DNA from: Guillardia theta CCMP2712
Lineage: Eukaryota; Protista; Cryptophyta
Reading direction: 5' to 3'
NCBI RefSeq assembly: GCF_000315625.1
Contig: NW_005434622.1
Coordinates: 309,057-342,146 of the forward strand
Length of the DNA: 33,090 bases
Shown here: one piece after another, positions 1 through 9,418 of the stretch
Position numbering within the stretch: position 1 is the stretch's first letter
Layout of the letters: every line of letters begins with the position of its first letter
Translations under genes and position numbers: made by a program
The notes under the pieces: model-generated
Database searches by the model: none
What the model saw: only the letters and a program-made list of their open reading frames with translations
Told to the model about the DNA's origin: nothing

Positions 1-63
1 GAAATCTTCCTCCTACTGCGCCTTCCCTCTTCACAACTTTCACTCCTCTCATCGTGGCTTCAG

Positions 64-2834
64 ATCACTCAACGGCTCGCCAAGCTTCTTCTTCCTTCCT
101 ATCTTCCAATTAACAAGCCTCCGCCCGAGCAGCTGGCTCGAATCCTTGCTCTCATCAAGCAGAACTCTGCGGTACCCCTCCTCCCTCCTCCCTCCTCCCT
201 CCTCTCTCCTCCTTCCTCCTCCTCCTCCTCTCATCCTTCCCCTCTGTTCCTGTGGTTGTCGCTGAGTATCTCCTCCAGGCTGCTCAAGTCTTCTTCAAGC
301 AGGCTGGCTCGCAGGCCCCCGAGCAAACTTGCGTCAACGTCCTCGTGGCTCTCCATCACGCGCTGCTGGTGTACGCGGGCAGCAAGAAGAAGGTCAGCAA
401 GACCAACCCCAAGAAGAGCAAGAGAGGCGGCGAGTCGCGATCGAAGCGCCAGCAGCAGGAAGAGGAGGAGGAGCATCAAGAGGACGAGGAGGACGGAGAC
501 GTCGAGAGCTTCGGCAGCATCGCAGAGGTCAGCGTCCAGTGCATGTCCAGCATGCTCGAGACGCTGCGGGCGAGGCTGGACTCCTCCTCCTGCTTCAACA
601 TCCGCTCCTACCTCGTGGAGAACATCTCCTCCTCCGGCCTCGCGTCCCTCGCCTCGTCCTTCTCCTCCTCCTCCGGCATGGCGAGCGCCCTTTGGAAACT
701 CGCGGCGCTCATGCCGGAGCCCGGGGACAAGAAGCTGGTACAGGAGTGTCTTGCCCGGGCCCGCACGCTGCCCCTGGAGGAGGCGGCGCCGCTGCTGGAC
801 TGCGTGTTCCACTGGTCGGGGCAGAAGGAGTTTGTGAGGGAGGCCTGTGCTGAGCTGCGGTCGGCCGTTTCGCAGGAGGAGGGGAGGGGAGGAGGGAAGA
901 CGGGAGGGAAGAGGAGGAAGACTGGAGGAAAGTCCAGCGCGCAGGAGGAGGAGGAGGAGGAGGAGGAGGGGAGCTCGCCCCGCCCTCTCTCCCTCCTCCT
1001 GCAGCAGCTGCAGTACGTGCTTGACTCGGATCATCTCCGTCAGAAACTCATGCTGGTCCCCTCCCACCTCGAGGAGATGCTGGAGAGCCTTGAGGGAGCT
1101 TTGCAGCTGGTTGAGGCGAGGATGGAGGAGGAGGAGGAGGAGGAGGACGGGAAGATATCAGCGGAGGATCTCAAGAGCATGGTCAACATTTATGCAAAAC
1201 TCTGCCTCCACAGCCACTGTGCTCAGGTACCTTGTGAACCCTGCTTTCCTCTTGCCCTTTCCCCTCCCCTTCTCCCCTCCTCACTTTTCTCTTTCCCATT
1301 CTCATGTCTCTCATTCGTCCTCCCCCCCCTCTTTCTCCTCTCTTCATCCTCCTCCCTCCTCTCATTCCCCGGCAGTTCCCAGGAGCAGGAGGAGCCGGCA
1401 AGTCCTCGGGTCGCCTGCTCTCTCTCCTAGGATGGAGCAACTTGACCTGCCTGCCGGTCCTCCTTGCACCGCAGGAGGAGAAGCAGAGGAAGAGCAAGAA
1501 GAAGGCCGACGCCAAGGCCCAGGAAGGAGGAGGAGAGCGCAGGGAGCTCGCGAGGAGGAGCGTCATGATCTCCCTGATGGTGGCAACGGAGAGTGCCGTC
1601 CTCGGCCGTATCAACGATGCGCTTGCTGCTGCTGTTGCCAACCTGTGCTCGGACGTAAGCTGAGCCCTGGAGGAGAGGGAGGGAGGGGAAGGAGGGAGAG
1701 GAGAGCAGGAGCAGTGAGAACAAGGAAGGTGACATACGTTGCAGGTGCTGGACAAGAGAGGAGGAGCATGCGTCCTCAAGGAGGGGCTGCTGGGGATGGT
1801 GTGCAAGGCGATCTTTCAGCTGACTCGTGAGCCCAACCTTCCCCCTCCTCCTCTTTCCGCTTCGTCTATCTCTCCACTCTCACCTCCCGCCCTTTGAACC
1901 TCACCCCCCTCTTCTCCGCTAAGAGGTCACGGCAGGCTCTGGCCTCCAGCAGGACAAGCTCCAAGAGCTCTTCTCCTCTCTGATCCTCCTCGTCCCCATT
2001 GACAGACTGAGGACGGTAGGCAGGACATCAGCGTGTTGCTTGAAGACTGACAGAGAGCAGGTGACGATGCTGCTGCGAGATTCCCTCGGCCTCTGCTGCA
2101 AGGCCGGCAGCTCCTCCTCCTCGCTTTCCGGGAAGATCTTCTCTTCCTTCCTCCTCAAGCTTCAAGGTCAACACCCTCCTGCTCCTGCACCCCCTCTTGA
2201 CGTCAGCAGCAGAGTTCGAGGAGGAGAGCGACATTCAAGTCGTCATCAGCAGCCTCCTGTCTGCTGTGAAGCAAGCAGGAGGGAACGCGAGCAGAGCGCT
2301 GGTTGACGAGCTGCTCCGCGTGTTCTCCTCGTCGGATCTCACAAACATCGAGGCTGCTCTCCAACTGCTCCAGGTCAGCTCCCCCCCGCCCTCCTCCCTC
2401 GACTTGTTGGCCTTCTTTACCCTTCCCCGTCCTGTTCTCCTGTTTTCTTGCCACTGCCCTCCTCCTGAGACTTCCTCCCCTCCCCTCCTCTCTTCTCCCC
2501 TCCTCTCTTCTCCCCTCCTCTCTTCTCCCCTCCTCTACCCAACCACCTTCCTTCCTGTTCATCTCCTCACTTGCCGCAGGCTGCCAGCCGAGACAAAGTC
2601 CTGCGCGTCAAGGATCAGACGTCTGACAAGTTGACCCGAGCGTGCAGAGATGGCGTGGAGATGCTGGTGAAGAGACTCGACGAGCGACCTGGAGAGTATG
2701 AGGAGGGGAGGAAGAAGCGCGACCCGAGAGACGTGGTGGAGATTGCCGAGGGATGGCTGCAGGCAGAGGAAGTGGCAGGAGCTGAAGGAGCGGGAGCGGG
2801 AGCAGCGGGAAAGAAGGCAGAGGAAAGCAATTGA
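64..2834 (+). CDS. NCAPG2: Condensin-II complex subunit G2 (CAP-G2), 3' portion; multi-exon, starts upstream of the window
   Basis: GT-AG exons approx. 64-171, 279-1226, 1376-1654, 1745-1826, several short exons 1924-2373, and 2580-2834 (TGA) stay in frame. The spliced peptide (QRLAKLLLPSYLPINKPPPEQLARILALIKQNSA-AAQVFF..., ALWKLAALMP, LLDCVFHWSGQ, LQYVLDSDHLRQKL, IYAKLCLH) is collinear with recalled NCAPG2 blocks (NSFLPVNQP...MNHAAARRFY, LFMLMSFMP, LLDCLCSWGQ, IEYLLTHPKNRECL, LHCRLSIH). Confidence 0.85.
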
Positions 2835-2998
2835 GTCGGTTTTAATCTTTGTACAGTAGTGTGAGACACGTTGGTTAATCATTAAAGAATGAAAAGAATA
2901 CACAAGACAAGGAGGACAAGTCAACGATGCAGAGAGAGACAAAACAGAGACAAACACGTTCTGACATGGCATGTAAGACACACAGTCATAACCATGTG

Positions 2999-4070
2999 TC
3001 ACTTGCGGTAGATCTTGTTGACGAGCTTGTCCTTGAGAGATGATGTAGCGTTCTTGACCTTGCCTATCAGCCCTACCTGCTCCTCCTTCACCTCCTCCAC
3101 AGGCATCAGCAGGCGTATCCCCAGCAGGACGCCGGTAAGGTGCAGAACCATCTCGAAGAGGAAGATGAGGACTCGGTGCCAGTATAGCCACCCTTGCTCG
3201 AGCACAAAGACGATGTGCACGAAAGGTATTAGAGCCAAGACCTGGCAAGGAAGAGTGAGCAAGTGGAGGGGGAAGGGGGAAGGGGAGGAAGAGAGGAGGA
3301 AGAGGGGAGTCAGATGGACATGAGTGTTGGTGGATAGTGAAGGGGGGGAGGGGAAGAAAGAGAGATGGTATGTGAACGAGAAAGGAGAGAAAGACAACTC
3401 TTACAAACTGCACAAGGCTGATGCCGATGAAGATCTGCCATTCACTCATGTCATGACCACCAGGGAGCAAGTGAAAGGTCGACCTGGATGCCTCGCTTCC
3501 ACTTGAAGTAGATGGCGATGAAAACAACGAGGAAGCCCAGGAGCGCGAAGGGGAGGATGAGGAACAGGATGGCAGAGAAGTAGTTGAGGGAGACAGAGAT
3601 AAGCTGCGACAGGACGAGCGTGAGCAGATATGTACGCAGCGGAGAAGAGAGGGGTCACTACGTCAAACAAAAGAGAAGCAAGGTGAGGGGCGAGTGATGG
3701 ATATGAATGGGCTAGATGCAGACAAGGTGCATGACGTGTTCATCGGGATGAGAAAGACGAGATGAGCATCACGTCACTCGCATAGGAAAGAAGGAGAGTC
3801 CAAGGAGAAGGGAGGAGCAACGGAGCAGGAAGGAGGGAAGGGCAGTGTAGAATAGAATGAGATTAGAGAAAGGGAAGGAGGAAGCAGGAGGAGCAGAAGT
3901 AACAGGATGATCAGGATGATCAGAAGGAGCAGGAGGAGCAGGAGGAGCAGGAGGAGCAGGAGGACGAGCAGGAGGAGCAGCATGATCAGGAGGAGGAGCA
4001 GCATGAGTTTGTGCATTGCCTGCAACAGCGCCAGCGCCCCCAACATAAGCCGAAGCTTCGCATCCTCCAT
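2999..4070 (-). CDS. Small (~147 aa) four-helix membrane protein of unknown function
   Basis: Exons 4070-4020, 3603-3484, 3434-3405 and 3241-2999 join in phase 0: MEDAKLRLMLGALALLQ/LISVSLNYFSAILFLILPFALLGFLVVFIAIYFKWKRGIQ/IFIGISLVQF/VLALIPFVH...KIYRK*. There are four hydrophobic segments. The first intron needs a GC donor. Confidence 0.7.
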
Positions 4071-4220
4071 GACCCTTTTAGCTCCGAGACCTCATCCCCC
4101 CATTGACCATGTTCTCAAGCCGGACCCGCCCCAGGGGCCCGCCCTGCAAATTGGCTACCACATCCCCCCTCAACCCGCCCTGCACCGCTGAAGCAGCCAG
4201 TGAAGCAGCAGCGCAAGGCC

Positions 4221-6266
4221 ATGGACGACGGGGACTCGGAGATGGAGGAGATGGAGGAGATGGAGGAGATGGAGGAGGACGTCGGAGAGTACGTCGACAG
4301 TGACATGGAAGAAGATGAAGCGAACCAGACCGCCAACGCTGCTGCCGGGCTGCTGGGCTGGTTCATGGACTCGGACTCGTCTGACAACATGTCAGACGCT
4401 GACGACTCGGACTCGGACATCCCAAGAGAGGAGCGAGTGAACGTGTCCAAGCTGTTCGAGGACATACACCCACTGCCATTCCCGGTCTTCAAGATCATTG
4501 GCGACGGGATGATGAGCATACCCACCAAGGACTTCATCGCCGCCCGCGTCTTCCTCATCCTCTGCTGGAACCTGATGAGCCGCACAAGGAACTCCAACAA
4601 CATCGAGTTTGGGCATCTCAGCTGGAAGGACGACCACCTGTGTGTGATGTTCGACAACAAGAGGATCACCAACCCCGCGCGGAAGCCCGAGAAACTCAGG
4701 AGGGTCTTTGCCAACCCGAAGATGCCTGAGATCTGTCCCATCTTGGCGCTGGGGATTTACCTTCTCAGCATCGAGCAGGATGCCAAGAGGCTGTTTCCTC
4801 CTCCTCCCTTGCACAAGAAGTTCTGGAGGATCTTGAGGGACATTCTCAGGCCAGCAGGACAGAGCTCATCGCACAGTGAGAGGCACAAAACTGTTGACCT
4901 CACCAAGACAAGGGAGCTAGTAGCCAAGGAGCTGCAAGCGAAAGGCATCCGCACTAGCACTCTCGGCAGCGACAGCATACAGAAAGGTGCTGTAGTCTAC
5001 TGCGTTTCTTTCAACTTCCGGGAAGCACAGAATATCCCTCTTCCCGACGATGCATACTCTAGACGGCCCGCGCCCACCCCTGAATGGAATGAGCCAGACA
5101 ATGGCGATGCGTTTGTTGGAAGGACAGCAGTAGGGTTGCCTCTCAACACAGCTGAGTTTGCTCGCCTCCCTCCCCACTTCCGGGAGAATGATGAGATAGT
5201 GGAGCAGGTGGTTCAGAAGTTGTTCCCCCGGCGCTCACCTGCATTAGGCAAGGTGATACAGCACTGCCTGGCATCCGTGGTCTACCAGCTAGACTACCTC
5301 AAGACCAAACTTGATCCTCAACATCCTCTCTGGAAGTCGAGGCTGTTTGAGGACGAGGAGGTTCTGCAGGCCCTAAAGTCTCGAGTGATATGCTGCCTTC
5401 CGAACGAAACCATGTTCATGGTCGCCACGGGGGTCCCTCCAGCAGTCACTCAATTCCTGTACAATCAGAGGCTGATCGGGGACAGAGAGCGTTTCCACAC
5501 TGAGTTGATGAAGGATACCAAGGGCCTTGGTGGCCAACCGCCCAGCTCTTCTTCTGCTGCCAAGAATGTTTCAGAGCCGGAACAGGTCCCTGCAGGCTCC
5601 AAGAGGATGGGCGCGAGCACTCTCAAGGATATTTACAGTGAGTGTGTCAGCGAGTTGATGGAAAAGCGTGCTAGTATGCCGTCACTAGAAACAAAGGCTG
5701 ACGTGCGGAGTGCTCCGGACCTCACATCGGGACTGCCTGCCTATGAGAGATTTAGAACCTTGACATCGTGCATTGACGAGGTGCTGCTCAATCCCTCCGT
5801 GGAGTTTTCTGTGCCAGCTACCTTTCCCTTGGAGAAGCGAGTCACCAGCTGTGAAATTGCATGGAAACTTTGGTTTTGTGGAGACAATGGTTGTCGTCCC
5901 TTGATGCATGTCAAGGTTATGGAAGTTAATAGGCTGCAGGACAGGCGAATCCTCGGCTACATCAGGACCTTTGTGAGGGCCTTCTACGGGCATATCTTGT
6001 GTCACCATGCTGACAAGTACGATCAACCCGAGGTCAAGAGGAGGATGTCTAACATGATTGCTGAATTCGGAGAATCTCCAAAGTTAGAGACCGTCAAGAT
6101 CCTCTTCGCTGAATTCTATGACAGCTTCTACACATGGCTCCTGGCTGATGCTCCTGATGAGTTGCGCGCTCAAACCTTGAAGTTCAGTCAGCTGATGAAG
6201 CTGCTGCAGAAGAAGGTCTGCGGAGGCTTTCCGGGTTTCCAGGTCGTGACTCAGGACCGTCGGTAG
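4221..6266 (+). CDS. Crypton (CryptonS-like) tyrosine-recombinase-derived protein with degenerate catalytic motifs; probably domesticated
   Basis: Uninterrupted 681-codon ORF from ATG 4221. It carries Crypton YR hallmarks: WNLMSR, HLSWKDDHLCVMF, RRVFANPKMPEICPILALGIY, LGSDSIQKGA (vs GTHSIRKGA), GDAFVGRTAVGLP, FARLPPHF, LASVVYQ, HPLW, ATGVPP, and C-terminal VPATF...AWKLWFCG...PL. It also has an acidic N-terminal extension. Confidence 0.8.
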   Translation: MDDGDSEMEEMEEMEEMEEDVGEYVDSDMEEDEANQTANAAAGLLGWFMDSDSSDNMSDADDSDSDIPREERVNVSKLFEDIHPLPFPVFKIIGDGMMSIPTKDFIAARVFLILCWNLMSRTRNSNNIEFGHLSWKDDHLCVMFDNKRITNPARKPEKLRRVFANPKMPEICPILALGIYLLSIEQDAKRLFPPPPLHKKFWRILRDILRPAGQSSSHSERHKTVDLTKTRELVAKELQAKGIRTSTLGSDSIQKGAVVYCVSFNFREAQNIPLPDDAYSRRPAPTPEWNEPDNGDAFVGRTAVGLPLNTAEFARLPPHFRENDEIVEQVVQKLFPRRSPALGKVIQHCLASVVYQLDYLKTKLDPQHPLWKSRLFEDEEVLQALKSRVICCLPNETMFMVATGVPPAVTQFLYNQRLIGDRERFHTELMKDTKGLGGQPPSSSSAAKNVSEPEQVPAGSKRMGASTLKDIYSECVSELMEKRASMPSLETKADVRSAPDLTSGLPAYERFRTLTSCIDEVLLNPSVEFSVPATFPLEKRVTSCEIAWKLWFCGDNGCRPLMHVKVMEVNRLQDRRILGYIRTFVRAFYGHILCHHADKYDQPEVKRRMSNMIAEFGESPKLETVKILFAEFYDSFYTWLLADAPDELRAQTLKFSQLMKLLQKKVCGGFPGFQVVTQDRR

Positions 6267-7014
6267 CTGCATGCGCTCATCGACACTGTACGAATAGAAT
6301 GCAGGCTTTCGAAACGATCACAAGTGAATCGCCGGGGCAGCTCAGTGGCCGCTGAGACGATCAGCCGGGCAATCAAGGTGCAGCTGGCCGCCACCAGGTT
6401 ATCGTAGCGCTGCGCTAGTTACCTCCACGTTATTGACTAGCAAAGTGCCAAATTTGCAAGCTTCATGCTACGAATGTTTTCGCTCCCCGCAATGTCGTCG
6501 CTCTTATGATTTGGTGGTGTCTCCTCTTGACCACGAGAAGCACTTTCAGTGTAGACAACATTGTCCCCATGCAAGAAGAACGATGAATCTGAATCCCCTT
6601 CCCCTGTGACCATCGATTGCAACTTCGGTGAACACGTCCACAGCCTTGTGCAGTTCACTTTGTAGCAGATCCTTTCTCAAGACCATTTGGTATCTGCGGA
6701 ACTTCTTTCCGGTTGCTCCAGAAGTGAGTCAGCACACATAAATCACCTTCTCAGTGCAAAACTGCACCAGTTGGCGACAGCCCGTTGCATCACGCAGAAT
6801 AAAGATACGAATCACTAAGGATTAGTATTTCATATCAAACACTTCCTTCAATACATGGATTATGTGTTGCCTGCTCTCAAGGTGCTTGAGAAGGGAATTT
6901 TACGGTATGCTCTTCTCGCCCAGTACTCCTGCATGACCTCACGCAACTAGCCCCAGCATGTCAACGTCATCGACTCTTGTGATTGACCTCGTTCTGATTT
7001 TTGACTGACAAGTA

Positions 7015-7556
7015 GGCTACCGAGTCTAACGGCTGACATCCATAAAAGACCCAAGACTCAGTGGACGACACGGGTAAAGTTGCCTCGCTACCATCTCCGA
7101 AAAGACCTCTTTTCAGCTCAAAACCTCTTCACATCTCCTCCGCCTGGGCGCAGTTGGACCCTCTTGACCCCAGCCCACCCCTGGATGTGAGCTTCCCTCC
7201 TCCTCCTCTGACGCTGCTCTTGTCAGATCGAGAAGGACACAGGAGCCAAGCTTCAGCTGATTGAGGAAGGCAACACCTCCTTCCTGCAGGTAGTTCTCAG
7301 CTGAACACTAGCTGGGGTCTTGTGTCGCCTCTGACAAGCTGGGCAGATTTCCGGGACTAACAGCCAGCGACGAGAGGCGCTCAAGATTGTTCGCTCACAC
7401 CTCGACCGGCAGGTTGAGGAGGAGGAGGAGGAGGTGCCGGTCGAGGAGGAGGAAGATGAGGACGAGGAAGAGGAAGAGGAGAGCGAGGGGGAGGAGGGGG
7501 AGGAGGTGCCGGTCGAGGAGGAGGAAGATGAGGAAGAGGAACAGAAAAGGAAGGGG
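7015..7556 (+). CDS. Exons of a protein with a degenerate KH-like segment and an acidic tail; start unresolved, runs into the gap
   Basis: Exons 7015-7073, 7154-7186, 7227-7289 and 7347-gap join in frame: ...LDPSPPLD/IEKDTGAKLQLIEEGNTSFLQ/ISGTNSQRREALKIVRSHL, resembling the second half of a type-I KH fold. This is followed by poly-Glu with a duplicated EEVPVEEEEDE unit. Confidence 0.5.
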
Positions 7557-7656
7557 NNNNNNNNNNNNNNNNNNNNNNNNNNNNNNNNNNNNNNNNNNNN
7601 NNNNNNNNNNNNNNNNNNNNNNNNNNNNNNNNNNNNNNNNNNNNNNNNNNNNNNNN
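7557..7656. other. Assembly gap (100 N)
   Basis: Run of N flanked by purine-rich and pyrimidine-rich low-complexity sequence. Confidence 0.99.
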
Positions 7657-7798
7657 CCCCCCCCTCCCCCTCTCCCCTCTCCCTCTCCCCTCTCCCCTCT
7701 CCCCTCTCCCCTCCCCTCCCGTCCCCTCCCCTCTCCTCTTGCGACTCCATCAGACGCTCTTCTAGCCTTTCCGTTGCTCGCTGCTCGATCAAATCACA

Positions 7799-9418
7799 AT
7801 GTGTAAGTGTTCTATTTCGTCTGTCCGCCCCATGTGCATCGCAAGCATGGTGCTTGGGTTCGCCTTGTTCATTGCAGGAGTGGTCCCAGCCGCATACAAC
7901 CCCTCTGCCTGCCGCTCATCATCTTCCTCTTCTTCATCGAGCTCGGGATACGGCAGCTCTTCCTCCTACAACTCGGGATACGACAGCGGATACAACCGGG
8001 GCTACAACTATGGTTACAACAAAGGATTCGACACAACGTTCATATCAACGTACAATGATGCATACAACTATGGTTACAACAAGGGGTACAACAAAGGCTA
8101 CTCCGGCTATTCGTACAGCAATGTGGGAAACGGATTCTCCTCCTACTCATACGAAAGCAGCACGTATTCACTTGCTTACAACGCAGGTTACAACGCAGGT
8201 TACAACCCGAGCTCCCTGTGGGATCATACCTACGACTACAACACTGGATACAACACTGGATACAACTCAGGATATTACAAGGGGTTCGCCCAGGGGGACT
8301 CGTTGACCACCTACAAGCTGTCATACAACTCGGGGTTCAACGCTGGCTTTAACTCGGGGTACAACACCGGTCATAGTACCTACCTCTACACCCACAACTC
8401 GGGGTACTATAATGGCTTTTGCTCGGGCTACTACAACAGCTACATAGCATCCCAATCGTCAAGCTCGGACTACAATCGCGACCTGACCTGGTATTACAAC
8501 ACAGGTTACAATTCCGGCTTTTACAGCGGCTCCTACTCGCATACGTCGAGCTCCTACGGAAGCAGCAGCAGCTCTTCATCGTACCACTACTCAAGCTGTG
8601 AGGGTGATAGAGCCGCAGCCAAGGCATGGCTCGTGTTCATTGGACTCTGGGGGATCATTCCTGGCCTCTACACTCTCATCTTCGGAGGTCTTGGGATCGC
8701 GACTAGCAGCAAGAGAACAAAGCTATTTGGGGGTCTTTACCTCGCGCAGCTGATCAGTGACATCCTCTTGCTGCTGACGTCAACGTACATCTCATTATGC
8801 CTTGCCCTTTCATCACAGTTTATTTGTGGTAAGAACGCATGCGCCTTCTGTTTCTCGATAGCCGCTGACGACACTTTGACTTCTGCAGATGATTATGATC
8901 TAGTCGATAGCAATCGCCTCTGCTCAATGGCCCAAGGCAGTGCATATGCAATCTTTGTCTTCGATCTTCTCCTATCCATCTGTCAGATTGCCACTTCCAT
9001 CGTCATGTGCTCACTCTGCTGTCAACCTGACCAATGGGAGGAGATCAATGCGGTCCGGCCTATCCACCTCGATCACGGAATGCCTGTAGCAAAGCCCATT
9101 GAAGCCGTCCCTGTCCAGCCAGCGATAGCAAATCCTGTCTCGGCCCCACAGCCAGCGCAGGCAACTCTGAACTCACTGCTAGGTGCAAGCGCAGGCTCGA
9201 ATGACGTGAAGGACGATCATAACCCTATGGCCAAGTCTGGACAGGCACGAGGGGCATGGATCATGCCAGCACCCCCTCAGGTGCCGACTGACCCGCCGAC
9301 ATCTCAACATGAAGGTGCACAATCAGTGGTGGCCCCTTACCTTCGTGCGGGCAACAGGCTCTTCAAAAGCTTGAGAACACTGAAAGAATGGGTCGACGGC
9401 GAGGAATCTGAGGACTAA
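7799..9418 (+). CDS. MS4A/CD20-like four-TM protein with a large Tyr/Gly/Asn/Ser repeat insert in loop 1
   Basis: 539-aa ORF with TM1 (MVLGFALFIAGVV), about 230 aa of YNxG/Ser repeats, then GLWGIIPGLYTLIFGGLGIATSSKRTKLFGGLYLAQLISDILLL (CD20-like TM2-basic loop-TM3), a Cys-rich loop, TM4 (YAIFVFDLLLSICQIATSIVMC) and a Pro-rich tail. The start could be 7799 or 7832. Confidence 0.7.
   Translation: MCKCSISSVRPMCIASMVLGFALFIAGVVPAAYNPSACRSSSSSSSSSSGYGSSSSYNSGYDSGYNRGYNYGYNKGFDTTFISTYNDAYNYGYNKGYNKGYSGYSYSNVGNGFSSYSYESSTYSLAYNAGYNAGYNPSSLWDHTYDYNTGYNTGYNSGYYKGFAQGDSLTTYKLSYNSGFNAGFNSGYNTGHSTYLYTHNSGYYNGFCSGYYNSYIASQSSSSDYNRDLTWYYNTGYNSGFYSGSYSHTSSSYGSSSSSSSYHYSSCEGDRAAAKAWLVFIGLWGIIPGLYTLIFGGLGIATSSKRTKLFGGLYLAQLISDILLLLTSTYISLCLALSSQFICGKNACAFCFSIAADDTLTSADDYDLVDSNRLCSMAQGSAYAIFVFDLLLSICQIATSIVMCSLCCQPDQWEEINAVRPIHLDHGMPVAKPIEAVPVQPAIANPVSAPQPAQATLNSLLGASAGSNDVKDDHNPMAKSGQARGAWIMPAPPQVPTDPPTSQHEGAQSVVAPYLRAGNRLFKSLRTLKEWVDGEESED

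Noticed and set aside
4221-6266. Active Crypton transposon
   Set aside because: The HxxR and Tyr-region motifs are degenerate, no terminal motifs or repeats are evident, and host sequence abuts closely.
7945-8590. CRISPR-like or DNA-level tandem array
   Set aside because: The repeats are 12-nt coding units with synonymous variation, in a eukaryotic context with no repeat-spacer structure.
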